From assembly GCA_964651965.1 (NCBI GenBank), contig CAZYZS010000003.1, positions 36,625 through 100,624 of the forward strand: DNA of 64,000 bases, written 5' to 3'. Below the pieces are notes generated by a model. The model saw only the letters and a program-made list of their open reading frames with translations, ran no database searches and had not been told where the DNA came from. This document shows, in pieces, positions 54,049 through 62,463 of the stretch; the first letter of the stretch is position 1, and each line of letters opens with the position of its first letter. A program made the translations under genes and the position numbers. This stretch comes from Candidatus Woesearchaeota archaeon (GTDB taxonomy: Archaea > Nanobdellota > Nanobdellia > Pacearchaeales > GW2011-AR1).

Positions 54049-54157
54049 TGAGGCTGCGCAGATTTGAACTGCGGACCCCCGCCTTATCAGACTCACCTCC
54101 TGCCTAAATGTTCTCAGGACAGGATGCGGTGCTCTAACCGGGCTGAGCTACAGCCTC
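54049..54157 (-). tRNA. tRNA-Ile(GAU) with 34-nt intron at a non-canonical position (within anticodon stem, about 30/31)
   Basis: Hand-folded: acceptor GAGGCTG/CAGCCTC, D arm GCTC-AGCCCGGTTA-GAGC, 5' stem CCGC[intron]T pairing with GGCGG, loop CTGATAA, T arm CGCAG-TTCAAAT-CTGCG, discriminator A. Confidence 0.7.
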
Positions 54158-54240
54158 ATTCAATATAATGCAAATAAAAACCTTATTTAAAGGTTTTTAT
54201 GCACTCCTAATTTTAATAGCAAAGTGTCCAAACAATTAAC

Positions 54241-54248
54241 TTTAAAAA
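54241..54248 (+). promoter_or_regulatory. Putative TATA box for rpl15e
   Basis: TTTAAAAA 22 nt before ATG 54270. Confidence 0.45.
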
Positions 54249-54269
54249 CACTCTTTTTCTTAACAAACC

Positions 54270-54842
54270 ATGGCAAGAGGAATGTATTATTATTTAAGAA
54301 AGGCCTGGAAAAAACCAGACGAAAAAGTACTAAGAGAAAGAATGATTCAATGGAGAAAGTCAGAAACAGTAGTCAAGGTTGAAAAACCATTAAGATTAGA
54401 CCGCGCAAGAAGCCTGGGCTACAAAGCCAAAAAAGGATTTATAGTTGTAAGAGTAAGGATTAAAAGAGGGGGAAGAAAAAGGCCTACAAGAAGCAAAGGC
54501 AGGAGAAGCAAGAGGCAAACTATAAGAAAAGTAGTTAAAATGAGTTACAGGTGGATTGCAGAAGCAAGAGTTGCAAAAAAATACCCTAATATGGAAGTAT
54601 TAAACTCCTACTTAATTGGAAAAGATGGCATCAATTATTTCTTTGAAGTTATTTTAGTTGATAAAAACAGGCCTGAAATTAAAAACGACCCTACAATGAA
54701 CTGGATATGTAAATCCTCCAACAAGAATAGAGTATTCAGGGGATTAACAAGCGCAGGAAAAAAGAGCAGGGGCTTGTTGAAAAAAAACCCTGAAAACAAA
54801 AGCAGGCCATCTGTAATGGCTTCTGACAGACAAGGAAAATAA
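54270..54842 (+). CDS. rpl15e: 50S ribosomal protein L15e
   Basis: MARGMYYYLRKAWKKPDE...RVRIKRGGRKRP...GRRSKRQ is a characteristic L15e sequence. Confidence 0.9.
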   Translation: MARGMYYYLRKAWKKPDEKVLRERMIQWRKSETVVKVEKPLRLDRARSLGYKAKKGFIVVRVRIKRGGRKRPTRSKGRRSKRQTIRKVVKMSYRWIAEARVAKKYPNMEVLNSYLIGKDGINYFFEVILVDKNRPEIKNDPTMNWICKSSNKNRVFRGLTSAGKKSRGLLKKNPENKSRPSVMASDRQGK

Positions 54843-54844
54843 AA

Positions 54845-55144
54845 ATGTTAGATCAACAAGTAGATTCTTTATATAAAAATTCTATTGTTCCATTTTTAAA
54901 AAAACGTAAAATCCAAAGAGAGTTCAGAGAGTGCATGCAGGATATAACTGTTAACTATATTTTCGGTGATTGTACTGAATCTCATGTAATCTTAAAACAA
55001 GCAAAAAGGCTAATAAGGCAAGCAGGAGGATTCAACCGCTTTTATCAGGGCAGAAATTCTCCAATAAATACCGAAAGAATGAGCGAAGCCCTTGGACATG
55101 CACAATTGTTAACGAGTGCTTCTTATCGAATGGGTTGGTTCTGA
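54845..55144 (+). CDS. Hypothetical protein (orphan) coupled to rpl15e stop
   Basis: 99-aa ORF starting 2 nt after the L15e stop; no motif. Confidence 0.35.
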   Translation: MLDQQVDSLYKNSIVPFLKKRKIQREFRECMQDITVNYIFGDCTESHVILKQAKRLIRQAGGFNRFYQGRNSPINTERMSEALGHAQLLTSASYRMGWF

Positions 55145-55197
55145 TCGTTTGTTAAATAAAATAAAATTAAACCCAAAGTAATTCCTAAAAAAGTAAA

Positions 55198-55728
55198 TTG
55201 ACCATGAGCCTTATAAAAAAAATATACCAAGAAGGAGTCCGCTGCATAGGATTTAATGCTCATGGAGAGGTTATTCTAGTAAAAAGAAGAGATTTAAAGG
55301 TCTGGGAGCTTCCAGGAGGAGGAATTGATCCAGGAGAAAGTCTAGAGGAAGCAGCAAAGAGAGAATTTGAAGAAGAAACCGGCCTAGGAATAATAATAAC
55401 AACTTATCGGGGCCCATACAAAATATCCTTTCCACATCCCTTTCCTTTTCTCTATAATACCTATCATGTTTATTCTGGGCAAGTTACAGGAGGAAAAATT
55501 AAAATGAATGACGAAGTTAGTAAAATAAGGGCATTCTCACCATATAATCTCCCTCGAGGTCTCCCATATTATTATAAGAGCTGTATAAACGACGCAACAG
55601 CTGGAACAATTCATGATTCTCCAGTTATACAAAGAGCAGGTCTCTCCCATCTGGTAAGAACATTGGCAGCCAATCCCCAAGTACTTCTTCGCCTCCCAAT
55701 TTTGTTCAGATTTTTAACAAAGGAATGA
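55198..55728 (+). CDS. NUDIX hydrolase
   Basis: Canonical Nudix box WELPGGGIDPGESLEEAAKREFEEETGL. Confidence 0.8.
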   Translation: MTMSLIKKIYQEGVRCIGFNAHGEVILVKRRDLKVWELPGGGIDPGESLEEAAKREFEEETGLGIIITTYRGPYKISFPHPFPFLYNTYHVYSGQVTGGKIKMNDEVSKIRAFSPYNLPRGLPYYYKSCINDATAGTIHDSPVIQRAGLSHLVRTLAANPQVLLRLPILFRFLTKE

Positions 55729-55749
55729 TATTTTTTATATATCTAAATC

Positions 55750-55757
55750 TTTAAAAA
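55750..55757 (+). promoter_or_regulatory. Putative TATA box for the LpxC-like gene
   Basis: TTTAAAAA 22 nt before ATG 55779. Confidence 0.4.
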
Positions 55758-55778
55758 CAACCAGTTCCAGTTTTCTTA

Positions 55779-56798
55779 ATGCCAAAACAGAGGACAATAA
55801 AAGAAGTAACTGACCTGTTAGTAGGAATTGAACCCTATGGAGGAAACGCCGTTAACGTTAGGATTTATCCAGCAGAACCAAATACAGGGATTGTTTTTAC
55901 TGACGGAAAACACTGGATTAAATTAGAAGATAGATACCTTCACACTGGCCATAGGCTTGCTCTCGCAAAAACACTGTTTTTAGAAAGAGATGGTGTAAAA
56001 GTAAGAGGATTAGAGCACCTTACAGGGGATATATTTGTGCACAGAATTGACAATGCAGTAGTGGAACTAAAAATGGAACCTCATTTAAGTTATAGGTTAT
56101 TCCACCGGCTTGGGCAGGCAAGAAACACCATAGTTGTTCCGTACTTTCCGGACTTAGAAGGAGGAGTGTGCAGAGCATTAAAAAAAGCAGGAATAGAAGA
56201 ACAACCTAAAGATATACCTTATCTTAGACTTAAAACCAATATAGATACAGAAAAAATAAAATTAGAAAAAATAAAAGGCGATGAGGTTGTTGTAGAAGCT
56301 AGAACCAGATACGCTCTTGCTAACGGCGACGTTGTTGAAGGAACAAGAACAATTACCTTAGTTCCAGAAGAATACAATGGCATAGCCAATGCAAGAGCTT
56401 TTTTTGGAGTCCCAATTGCTGTTCCAGAAGGTTTTACCAGAAAAAGAGGCATTTTACATAGCAGTTTTCCAACGTTATTTTCAAAAAGTGCGATGAGGTT
56501 TATAGGGCATTTTCTATATCTTAGTTTCGGACTTGGAACCGGGATTAATGAAGCTAATTCGTTTTACCCTCCAACTTCGGCTACAGAATGGAAAGAAAGA
56601 CAACTAAGGGAAAATGAAATAGCCGAACACTCGATAGTAGATCGGGCAGGAGACTTTATGGAAAGGCTTTACTTGATATTTAATGCTCGACCTGCTGGCA
56701 TGAAACTCACTTGCCAATTTGCAGGACATAAAGATGCACATGACCTTATAAGAAAGTGCGGTACAGAATATAGGAACAGATTTTATATAGAAGATTAA
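55779..56798 (+). CDS. LpxC-family (UDP-3-O-acyl-GlcNAc deacetylase-like) zinc hydrolase homologue
   Basis: PKQRTIK..., PAEPNTGIVF, GLEHL, ARAFFG, EHSIVDRAGD and AGHKDAH line up with E. coli LpxC (recalled from memory) at KQRTLK, PAPANTGVIY, VEHL (E78/H79), ARTFGF, RHKMLDAIGD (H238/D242/D246) and SGHALN (H265). Confidence 0.6.
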   Translation: MPKQRTIKEVTDLLVGIEPYGGNAVNVRIYPAEPNTGIVFTDGKHWIKLEDRYLHTGHRLALAKTLFLERDGVKVRGLEHLTGDIFVHRIDNAVVELKMEPHLSYRLFHRLGQARNTIVVPYFPDLEGGVCRALKKAGIEEQPKDIPYLRLKTNIDTEKIKLEKIKGDEVVVEARTRYALANGDVVEGTRTITLVPEEYNGIANARAFFGVPIAVPEGFTRKRGILHSSFPTLFSKSAMRFIGHFLYLSFGLGTGINEANSFYPPTSATEWKERQLRENEIAEHSIVDRAGDFMERLYLIFNARPAGMKLTCQFAGHKDAHDLIRKCGTEYRNRFYIED

Positions 56799-56829
56799 AA
56801 TATAAAAACCCTTATTTCTTAAATAAATC

Positions 56830-57507
56830 ATGAAAACAAAAAAGAGGAAGCTTAAAATCTACTTATTTAGGCACGGCAGAACTACTTATAATGTTAAAGG
56901 CATTTTTACTGGCTGGAAAGATGCAAAGCTGACTGATGGGGGAATAAAAGATGCAAAAAAAATAGCTATAAAATTAAAGGACAAAAAGTTCCAGGTAGCT
57001 TTCTATACAAAGCTCTCACGCTCCAGAGACACTCTAAAATATGTCCTTAGATATCATCCTGAATGCAGAACACTGATTGAAGATAACAGAATGATTGAAA
57101 GAAGCTACGGAATTCTTGAAGGTACTTCCCACGAGGAATTTATTAAAAAGATAGGAGAAAAAGAATTTGACCTAAAAGCATATGGAGACGCAAAAGAAGA
57201 CCTCCCGCCAAAGTTAAAAGAAAAAATAGAAAGATTATTAGGAGAAGAAGAATACGAAGAAATACACAGAGGATGGGCAACTCCTCCACCTTATGGAGAA
57301 AGCTTCAAAATGGTGAAAAAGAGAGTGAAAAAGTTTCTTAAATGGCTAAAAAAATACATGAGAAGAAATAATGTTAATGTAGCAATATCCGCACATGGAA
57401 ATTCCATCCGCTTGTTCAGGCATATCATGGAAAATTCTTCCATAAAAGACACTTGTTCTTGGTTTATTCCCTATGACAAAGTCTTTGAGTATGAAATAGA
57501 AACATAA
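56830..57507 (+). CDS. Histidine phosphatase family protein (phosphoglycerate-mutase-like)
   Basis: LFRHGRTTYN (RHG motif) and ISAHGNSIR. Confidence 0.75.
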   Translation: MKTKKRKLKIYLFRHGRTTYNVKGIFTGWKDAKLTDGGIKDAKKIAIKLKDKKFQVAFYTKLSRSRDTLKYVLRYHPECRTLIEDNRMIERSYGILEGTSHEEFIKKIGEKEFDLKAYGDAKEDLPPKLKEKIERLLGEEEYEEIHRGWATPPPYGESFKMVKKRVKKFLKWLKKYMRRNNVNVAISAHGNSIRLFRHIMENSSIKDTCSWFIPYDKVFEYEIET

Positions 57508-57891
57508 CTAATCTACCAAACGTAGTTTCTCTCGAAGCTGTTCAAATTCTCTATAATCCTGAGTTAATTCCTCTCCTTTTGCTATGTCTCGTTTAGCAAC
57601 TAAAGATTTTTCCTTTAAAGTTATATTTCCATCAGAACTATGATTGCAAAATCTTATGTCATCAAAAGAAAGATGCCATTTGCTTTTGGCTTTATCAAAA
57701 TATCCATAATGTTTAATTGTGTTTTGCTCATCAAGAGCCAGTTTAGAACATTCTTCTTCTGAAAGGAACAAATCTAGATTTTCATTTCCAGTGTATATTT
57801 TTTGACCTTTGCTGATATCTTGCCCCGCAAATAACCCTATTCCGTGAATCTTACTTTTCTTTAATTCTATTTTTACATGAAACATAACCAA
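57508..57891 (-). CDS. SET-domain protein (putative lysine methyltransferase)
   Basis: IHGIGLFAGQDISKGQKI, FCNHSSDGN and GEELTQDY. Confidence 0.7.
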   Translation of the reverse strand: MVMFHVKIELKKSKIHGIGLFAGQDISKGQKIYTGNENLDLFLSEEECSKLALDEQNTIKHYGYFDKAKSKWHLSFDDIRFCNHSSDGNITLKEKSLVAKRDIAKGEELTQDYREFEQLREKLRLVD

Positions 57892-57934
57892 ACAAATAGC
57901 TTATTATTTAAAAAAGTTGTTGAAATCTCTCTTT

Positions 57935-58741
57935 TTAGTAACTCTCTCTATCACTCCTATCATATGCCTCGTAATCTGGTCCAGTTACACAAGTATCTGC
58001 TCTGCAGTCTAATCCATCATAGCAAAAAGAAGTGAACTGCTGCATATTTTTACAGCAATCCTGGTCTAGATGCCCGCATTCGCTAGATTCTTGTGAATCA
58101 GGCTGGTAGCCATAAGGGTCGTAGTTAGGAGTGTCCTGGCTGTCAATATTAGACTGACTTGGTGTTGAAACTGTCTCTGCTTCTACTTTTTTGCAAGTTC
58201 CGCTTATGCACTGCCCATAAGCGCACGGATAATCAGTAGGGCAGCATGGCTGCTCGTAATCTCCACAAGCCTCGCATATCCCGCTGTAGGAGTTATAAAC
58301 CCCATAATAACAGCCACTATCGCAAGGAACATACCCAATCATCCCGCAATCATCATAATAATCAGAATTAACTTTGCATCTTCCCAGAGTGCAGCTTGCT
58401 CCTTGAAAACACTGAAGATTATCGTAATCTTTATAACAGCAGGCCTCACCAAAACTACCGCAATGAATACATTTCCCATTTTGGCATTCTCCATAATAAC
58501 AAACTCCATCAGAACAACAGGTTCCTCCATACTCCCCACAACCTGATTCAGAATAACTGTCATAAACAGAATTGGCAGAATCCGAACTAGAAGGAGTTGT
58601 CGAAGAATAATCAGAAACAGCCGCCCCAGTTACTTTAGGTTCAAAAAAAGGCCTGATAAAATAATATCCCCCAATAACAACAACTATTAAAAGAATAAGA
58701 ATAATAACCGCCGCGAAACTTGCCTTTTTATTCATCCTCAT
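57935..58741 (-). CDS. Membrane-anchored/secreted protein with five tandem Cys-rich (CG..CC..C..C..C) modules
   Basis: TM anchor AAVIILILLIVVVIGGYYFI and a Ser-rich linker. Modules: CGEYGGTCCSDGVCYYGECQNGKC, CGSFGEACCYKD..C..C..GRC, CGMIGYVPCDSGC.., CGDYEQPCCPTDYPCAYGQCISGTC, CGHLDQDCCKN..C..C..DTC. Confidence 0.65.
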   Translation of the reverse strand: MRMNKKASFAAVIILILLIVVVIGGYYFIRPFFEPKVTGAAVSDYSSTTPSSSDSANSVYDSYSESGCGEYGGTCCSDGVCYYGECQNGKCIHCGSFGEACCYKDYDNLQCFQGASCTLGRCKVNSDYYDDCGMIGYVPCDSGCYYGVYNSYSGICEACGDYEQPCCPTDYPCAYGQCISGTCKKVEAETVSTPSQSNIDSQDTPNYDPYGYQPDSQESSECGHLDQDCCKNMQQFTSFCYDGLDCRADTCVTGPDYEAYDRSDRESY

Positions 58742-58794
58742 TAAAAAGATAGAGGATTTTTAAATTTATATGTAGTTGAAAATGACAAATAGTT

Positions 58795-60033
58795 TTATTT
58801 TAAGTCAGATGGTTTTATATCGATTTTTATTTTTTTAGGTGTTATTATTAGCAAGAAAATTGCAATAATAACTCCTGCGATTCCCAAAATACTAAAAGCC
58901 AGTTTAATTAAAATTAAATCTGCTAAAAGTCCTCCTATCATTGGCCCAAAAATATAAGCAAAATTAAAAGAAGAGTCTTCTAAGGATTCTATTTCTTTTT
59001 CAACTATCTGAGTTTCAGAGATGTAATCTGCATAAGCGCCATTTATAGAAGGCAAAGCTAAATTAATAAAACATGCTGAAAGAAAAGTCAAAAGTATTAT
59101 TGTTATTGGAGTGCTCCAAAAATAAAAGAAAGAAAGAATAAAACATCCAATTAAAAGCCCTAAAAAAGCTGTCTTTTTCTTGCCTAATCTTTTAGTAATT
59201 TTCCCAGTATACCATCCCAATATTAAAGTTGGAAGTGCATAGGCCGTTAAGAATAATCCTCCGAAGTACTTAGGAATTGCTTCTTCAGCATATAATGGTG
59301 CGAGAGTCCAGAAAAAAGACTCTATAAAAAAAGCAAAGAAAGTAACAGCTAAGACAGGAAATATTTTTTTGCCTATTTTTCTCCAGAGCCTAAATTCCAG
59401 GAAAATATTTCTGAAGTTCGCCCGTTTAGTTTCTTTCTTGCGCACTTTACCTCCAGTCATAATGTTTAAAGTTATGAAAAAGATTATGGAAATAATCAGG
59501 AATATCCATCCGAATATAAATGGCAAGAAGGTTATTCCATCAATTATCAAAAGTCCTGCAATAGTTGGCGCCAAGATTATTCCTAAGTACTTAGCTATCT
59601 GGATTATTCCAAAATTAGAAGAATATTCTTTCTTTTTTGTGTAAATGCTTACAAAATCAAAAATCCCAAATCCAGACAAATCGAAATAAATTCCCCAAAG
59701 AGCCATTGCAACCAGGTAAACTAAGATAGAAGAAGCTTTCCACAGAATTAATGGATAAATAAGACATGCCAAAAACATCAGAAGAAATACTCTCCGGAAA
59801 TTAGTATTTCTGAAAAATCTGCAAACTAAGACATCAAAAAGAACGCCAGTTATAGAAGAAGTCCCAATTATAAATCCAATAAGGGTCATTGAAAAATTAT
59901 TTTGTGACAATAAAATTGGAACGAGGTAGGTCATGATTCCATCAAATATAGCCCAGAATAATATCATCAAAGATAAGATATAGATTGGAGAAGCAACTTT
60001 CTTGTATTTCCACAGGTACTTATTTAGAATCAT
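58795..60033 (-). CDS. MFS transporter
   Basis: 412 aa with about 12 TM segments in a 6+6 layout and a central basic loop (KVRKKETKRANFRN). Confidence 0.7.
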   Translation of the reverse strand: MILNKYLWKYKKVASPIYILSLMILFWAIFDGIMTYLVPILLSQNNFSMTLIGFIIGTSSITGVLFDVLVCRFFRNTNFRRVFLLMFLACLIYPLILWKASSILVYLVAMALWGIYFDLSGFGIFDFVSIYTKKKEYSSNFGIIQIAKYLGIILAPTIAGLLIIDGITFLPFIFGWIFLIISIIFFITLNIMTGGKVRKKETKRANFRNIFLEFRLWRKIGKKIFPVLAVTFFAFFIESFFWTLAPLYAEEAIPKYFGGLFLTAYALPTLILGWYTGKITKRLGKKKTAFLGLLIGCFILSFFYFWSTPITIILLTFLSACFINLALPSINGAYADYISETQIVEKEIESLEDSSFNFAYIFGPMIGGLLADLILIKLAFSILGIAGVIIAIFLLIITPKKIKIDIKPSDLK

Positions 60034-60042
60034 TTAATCCTC

Positions 60043-61326
60043 CTAAATAATGTAAAGATGATGAAACTCTTTATTCCTTTTTAGTTTAACATCTGGGTTA
60101 TATTTTGCCAGTTTTAAGGAATTTTGTTTTTTAAAAACATATTCTTGTACTCTCATGTTATCAAACATAAAATACCTGAAATAGGAATCCCATAAATCTT
60201 CCACAAAATTTGCTCCAGGCTTTATATCGCTGAACATCAGGCTGAAAATAGAGGCGAATATGCCTACAATTACCTGAGTATAAGTAGCATTAGTTCCAAT
60301 GGTTGCAAGATTCGGAACCGAATTAAAATAATAAACTTTTTTGTCAGGATAATCAAGAATCACCCCTATGCTGTCTGCACCATCTAGAATTTCACATGCA
60401 TTATCTCCTATCCTTAAGTCCTTTTTAGTTATATTTTTCTTATCTTCATAGATTTTGACTAGATATTTAAGTGTCTGCTGGTTTATCCCATAAATAAATT
60501 TTGAAGGGATATCGTACTTAGAAGATACAGAAAGATTTTCTTCATGCAAAACTGTCATTCCTTCGGGATACTGCCCCATCTTCCAGATAGGGCTTAATAT
60601 TTTCTTCATGCTTCTTCTATTTTCCAAAGCATTTGGTAAAAGCTTTTTTATCTTATTTTTACCAACCGCAAATCCGGAAGGGTCCCTTACTGATTCCACT
60701 AGAAACTCATGCAAAGACCAGGTCATCATAGGCCTCCATTTTCTAGCATCAATAGAAGTATCGTATTCAAAGTGAATTATTTCTTTCGGAATCCCGAATT
60801 TTTCTATGCCATATCTCACCCACATGTTCACATTGCCAGGATTCATTCCAGTACAGAGTATGTGAGGCGCATTATTCAGGGAGTCTTTTCGTGGATATAC
60901 ATTATAAACTAATTCAGAAACCATTTTGTTATCGTCGTTCATTGCAGTATTAATATAAGAAATTTTTGCTTTGTCAGTAGCTTCTAATGCCTCTATGCTG
61001 TTCATATCAGTTATGTCCAATACAATATCAATCTTATTGTCTTTCAATAGTTTAATGTATTCTCTTTCTTTCTCAGGCAATACTATTTCTTTATGTATGA
61101 ACTTATAATTTAGCAGTTCATGGTCTATATATGGGTCCTTAAGAAGCTTTTTATTTTTATCCAGTAAAATCACCTTGTTAAAATGATTTCTCTCGCTAGG
61201 AAGATGATGCAAAAAAGCATTAGCTACCCCTCCAGATGCCCCTAAAACTAAAAGATTCGGTTTATCTAACATTTTCTCTTTTTTTATATAGAGCGAAGTT
61301 AATTTATAAAGATTATGGATAGACAA
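60043..61326 (-). CDS. Saccharopine-dehydrogenase-family NAD(P)-binding protein (homospermidine-synthase-like)
   Basis: LLVLGASGGVANAF Rossmann motif, ILCTGMNPGNVNMWV and MTWSLHEFLVES resemble the bacterial HSS / saccharopine dehydrogenase family. The start may be MLDKPN (61272). Confidence 0.5.
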   Translation of the reverse strand: MSIHNLYKLTSLYIKKEKMLDKPNLLVLGASGGVANAFLHHLPSERNHFNKVILLDKNKKLLKDPYIDHELLNYKFIHKEIVLPEKEREYIKLLKDNKIDIVLDITDMNSIEALEATDKAKISYINTAMNDDNKMVSELVYNVYPRKDSLNNAPHILCTGMNPGNVNMWVRYGIEKFGIPKEIIHFEYDTSIDARKWRPMMTWSLHEFLVESVRDPSGFAVGKNKIKKLLPNALENRRSMKKILSPIWKMGQYPEGMTVLHEENLSVSSKYDIPSKFIYGINQQTLKYLVKIYEDKKNITKKDLRIGDNACEILDGADSIGVILDYPDKKVYYFNSVPNLATIGTNATYTQVIVGIFASIFSLMFSDIKPGANFVEDLWDSYFRYFMFDNMRVQEYVFKKQNSLKLAKYNPDVKLKRNKEFHHLYII

Positions 61327-61332
61327 AAGAAG

Positions 61333-62463
61333 CTATCCAAGCACTTTTCTTGTAAATTTAATCTTTCTTATCAAATCTCCAATTACAAAACACAATGTAA
61401 CTCCAAGTATCGAAACAAAAATAAACTTAACATAAGATGGAATAAAAATACCCTGGAAAATTATTACAAGAGGAAGAATTACTAGCTGATGGATTATATA
61501 AACAACATAAAAATTAGGAGCCATCCAGGCAATTAAATTTCCCTGCGAGTTAAGCCTTTTCTTAAAAATGTAAATTAAACTGATTATAATGCTGTAGCAT
61601 GCAATTGTCTCCCAGAAAGAATAAACTAACGACTGCCATGTCAGTCCACCTGTAAATTTTTCAGTGTTTTCTGCTGCCCCTCCAAATACAAATATAAATG
61701 GCAGAGCCACAAGAACTACAACAGCAATTATTTTCCATAGCCTTGCCTGTTTTGCCCCAAGGCTTTCAAGCCAATTCCCTCTGTACGCAAGGATTCCAAT
61801 CCAGAAACAAAAAATGTAATTGACAAAATGAGCCAACTGAAAAATATGAATTTCCACTCCTACCGGGAAAAGGGTACGGACAAAGAAAGTTAAGATTGCA
61901 AGAACAAAGATGCTTATTACAATTGTTCTATTAGAAGGAAATTTATCCTTAAAACAAATAAACGACTTATTTATTAAACCCCTGTATAAAACATAAACAA
62001 AGCAGAAAATAAGCAGAGCTTCAACAAACCATAATGGCCCGACAAACCATCCAGGATCTTTTAAATTATAAGCAATTACATTCACAAAAGTTATTGTCTC
62101 GCCTCTAAAAAAATTCAAGATAAGATAATCTATTATTACCTTAAAAACAGTTGTATAAATTAACAAAGGAATTCCCAATCTAATCAGCCTGTCTCCCAAA
62201 AACTTCCCTGCTCCTTTTCTGTCAAAAGACCCTAGAGTAAAATATCCTGAAAGCAAGAAAAACAAGCCCATAAAAAAGCTTTGGCAGATTGCATTAAAAA
62301 GAGTAAGAATTATCGGGCTTATCTCATCGCTTGCCCCTTCTTTAGCAGGATAAATGCCCTCTCCTCCATAAATAATAGAAATATGAATAAGTACAACAAG
62401 GATTATAAGAAAAAGCCTGATATTATCAATATACAAAAGTCTATCCTGCCTGCCTTTCTCCAT
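61333..62463 (-). CDS. Acyltransferase family 3 membrane protein
   Basis: RLLYIDNIRLFLIILVVLIHIS start and about 10 TM segments, typical of Acyl_transf_3 (OatA/OpgC-like). Confidence 0.7.
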   Translation of the reverse strand: MEKGRQDRLLYIDNIRLFLIILVVLIHISIIYGGEGIYPAKEGASDEISPIILTLFNAICQSFFMGLFFLLSGYFTLGSFDRKGAGKFLGDRLIRLGIPLLIYTTVFKVIIDYLILNFFRGETITFVNVIAYNLKDPGWFVGPLWFVEALLIFCFVYVLYRGLINKSFICFKDKFPSNRTIVISIFVLAILTFFVRTLFPVGVEIHIFQLAHFVNYIFCFWIGILAYRGNWLESLGAKQARLWKIIAVVVLVALPFIFVFGGAAENTEKFTGGLTWQSLVYSFWETIACYSIIISLIYIFKKRLNSQGNLIAWMAPNFYVVYIIHQLVILPLVIIFQGIFIPSYVKFIFVSILGVTLCFVIGDLIRKIKFTRKVLG

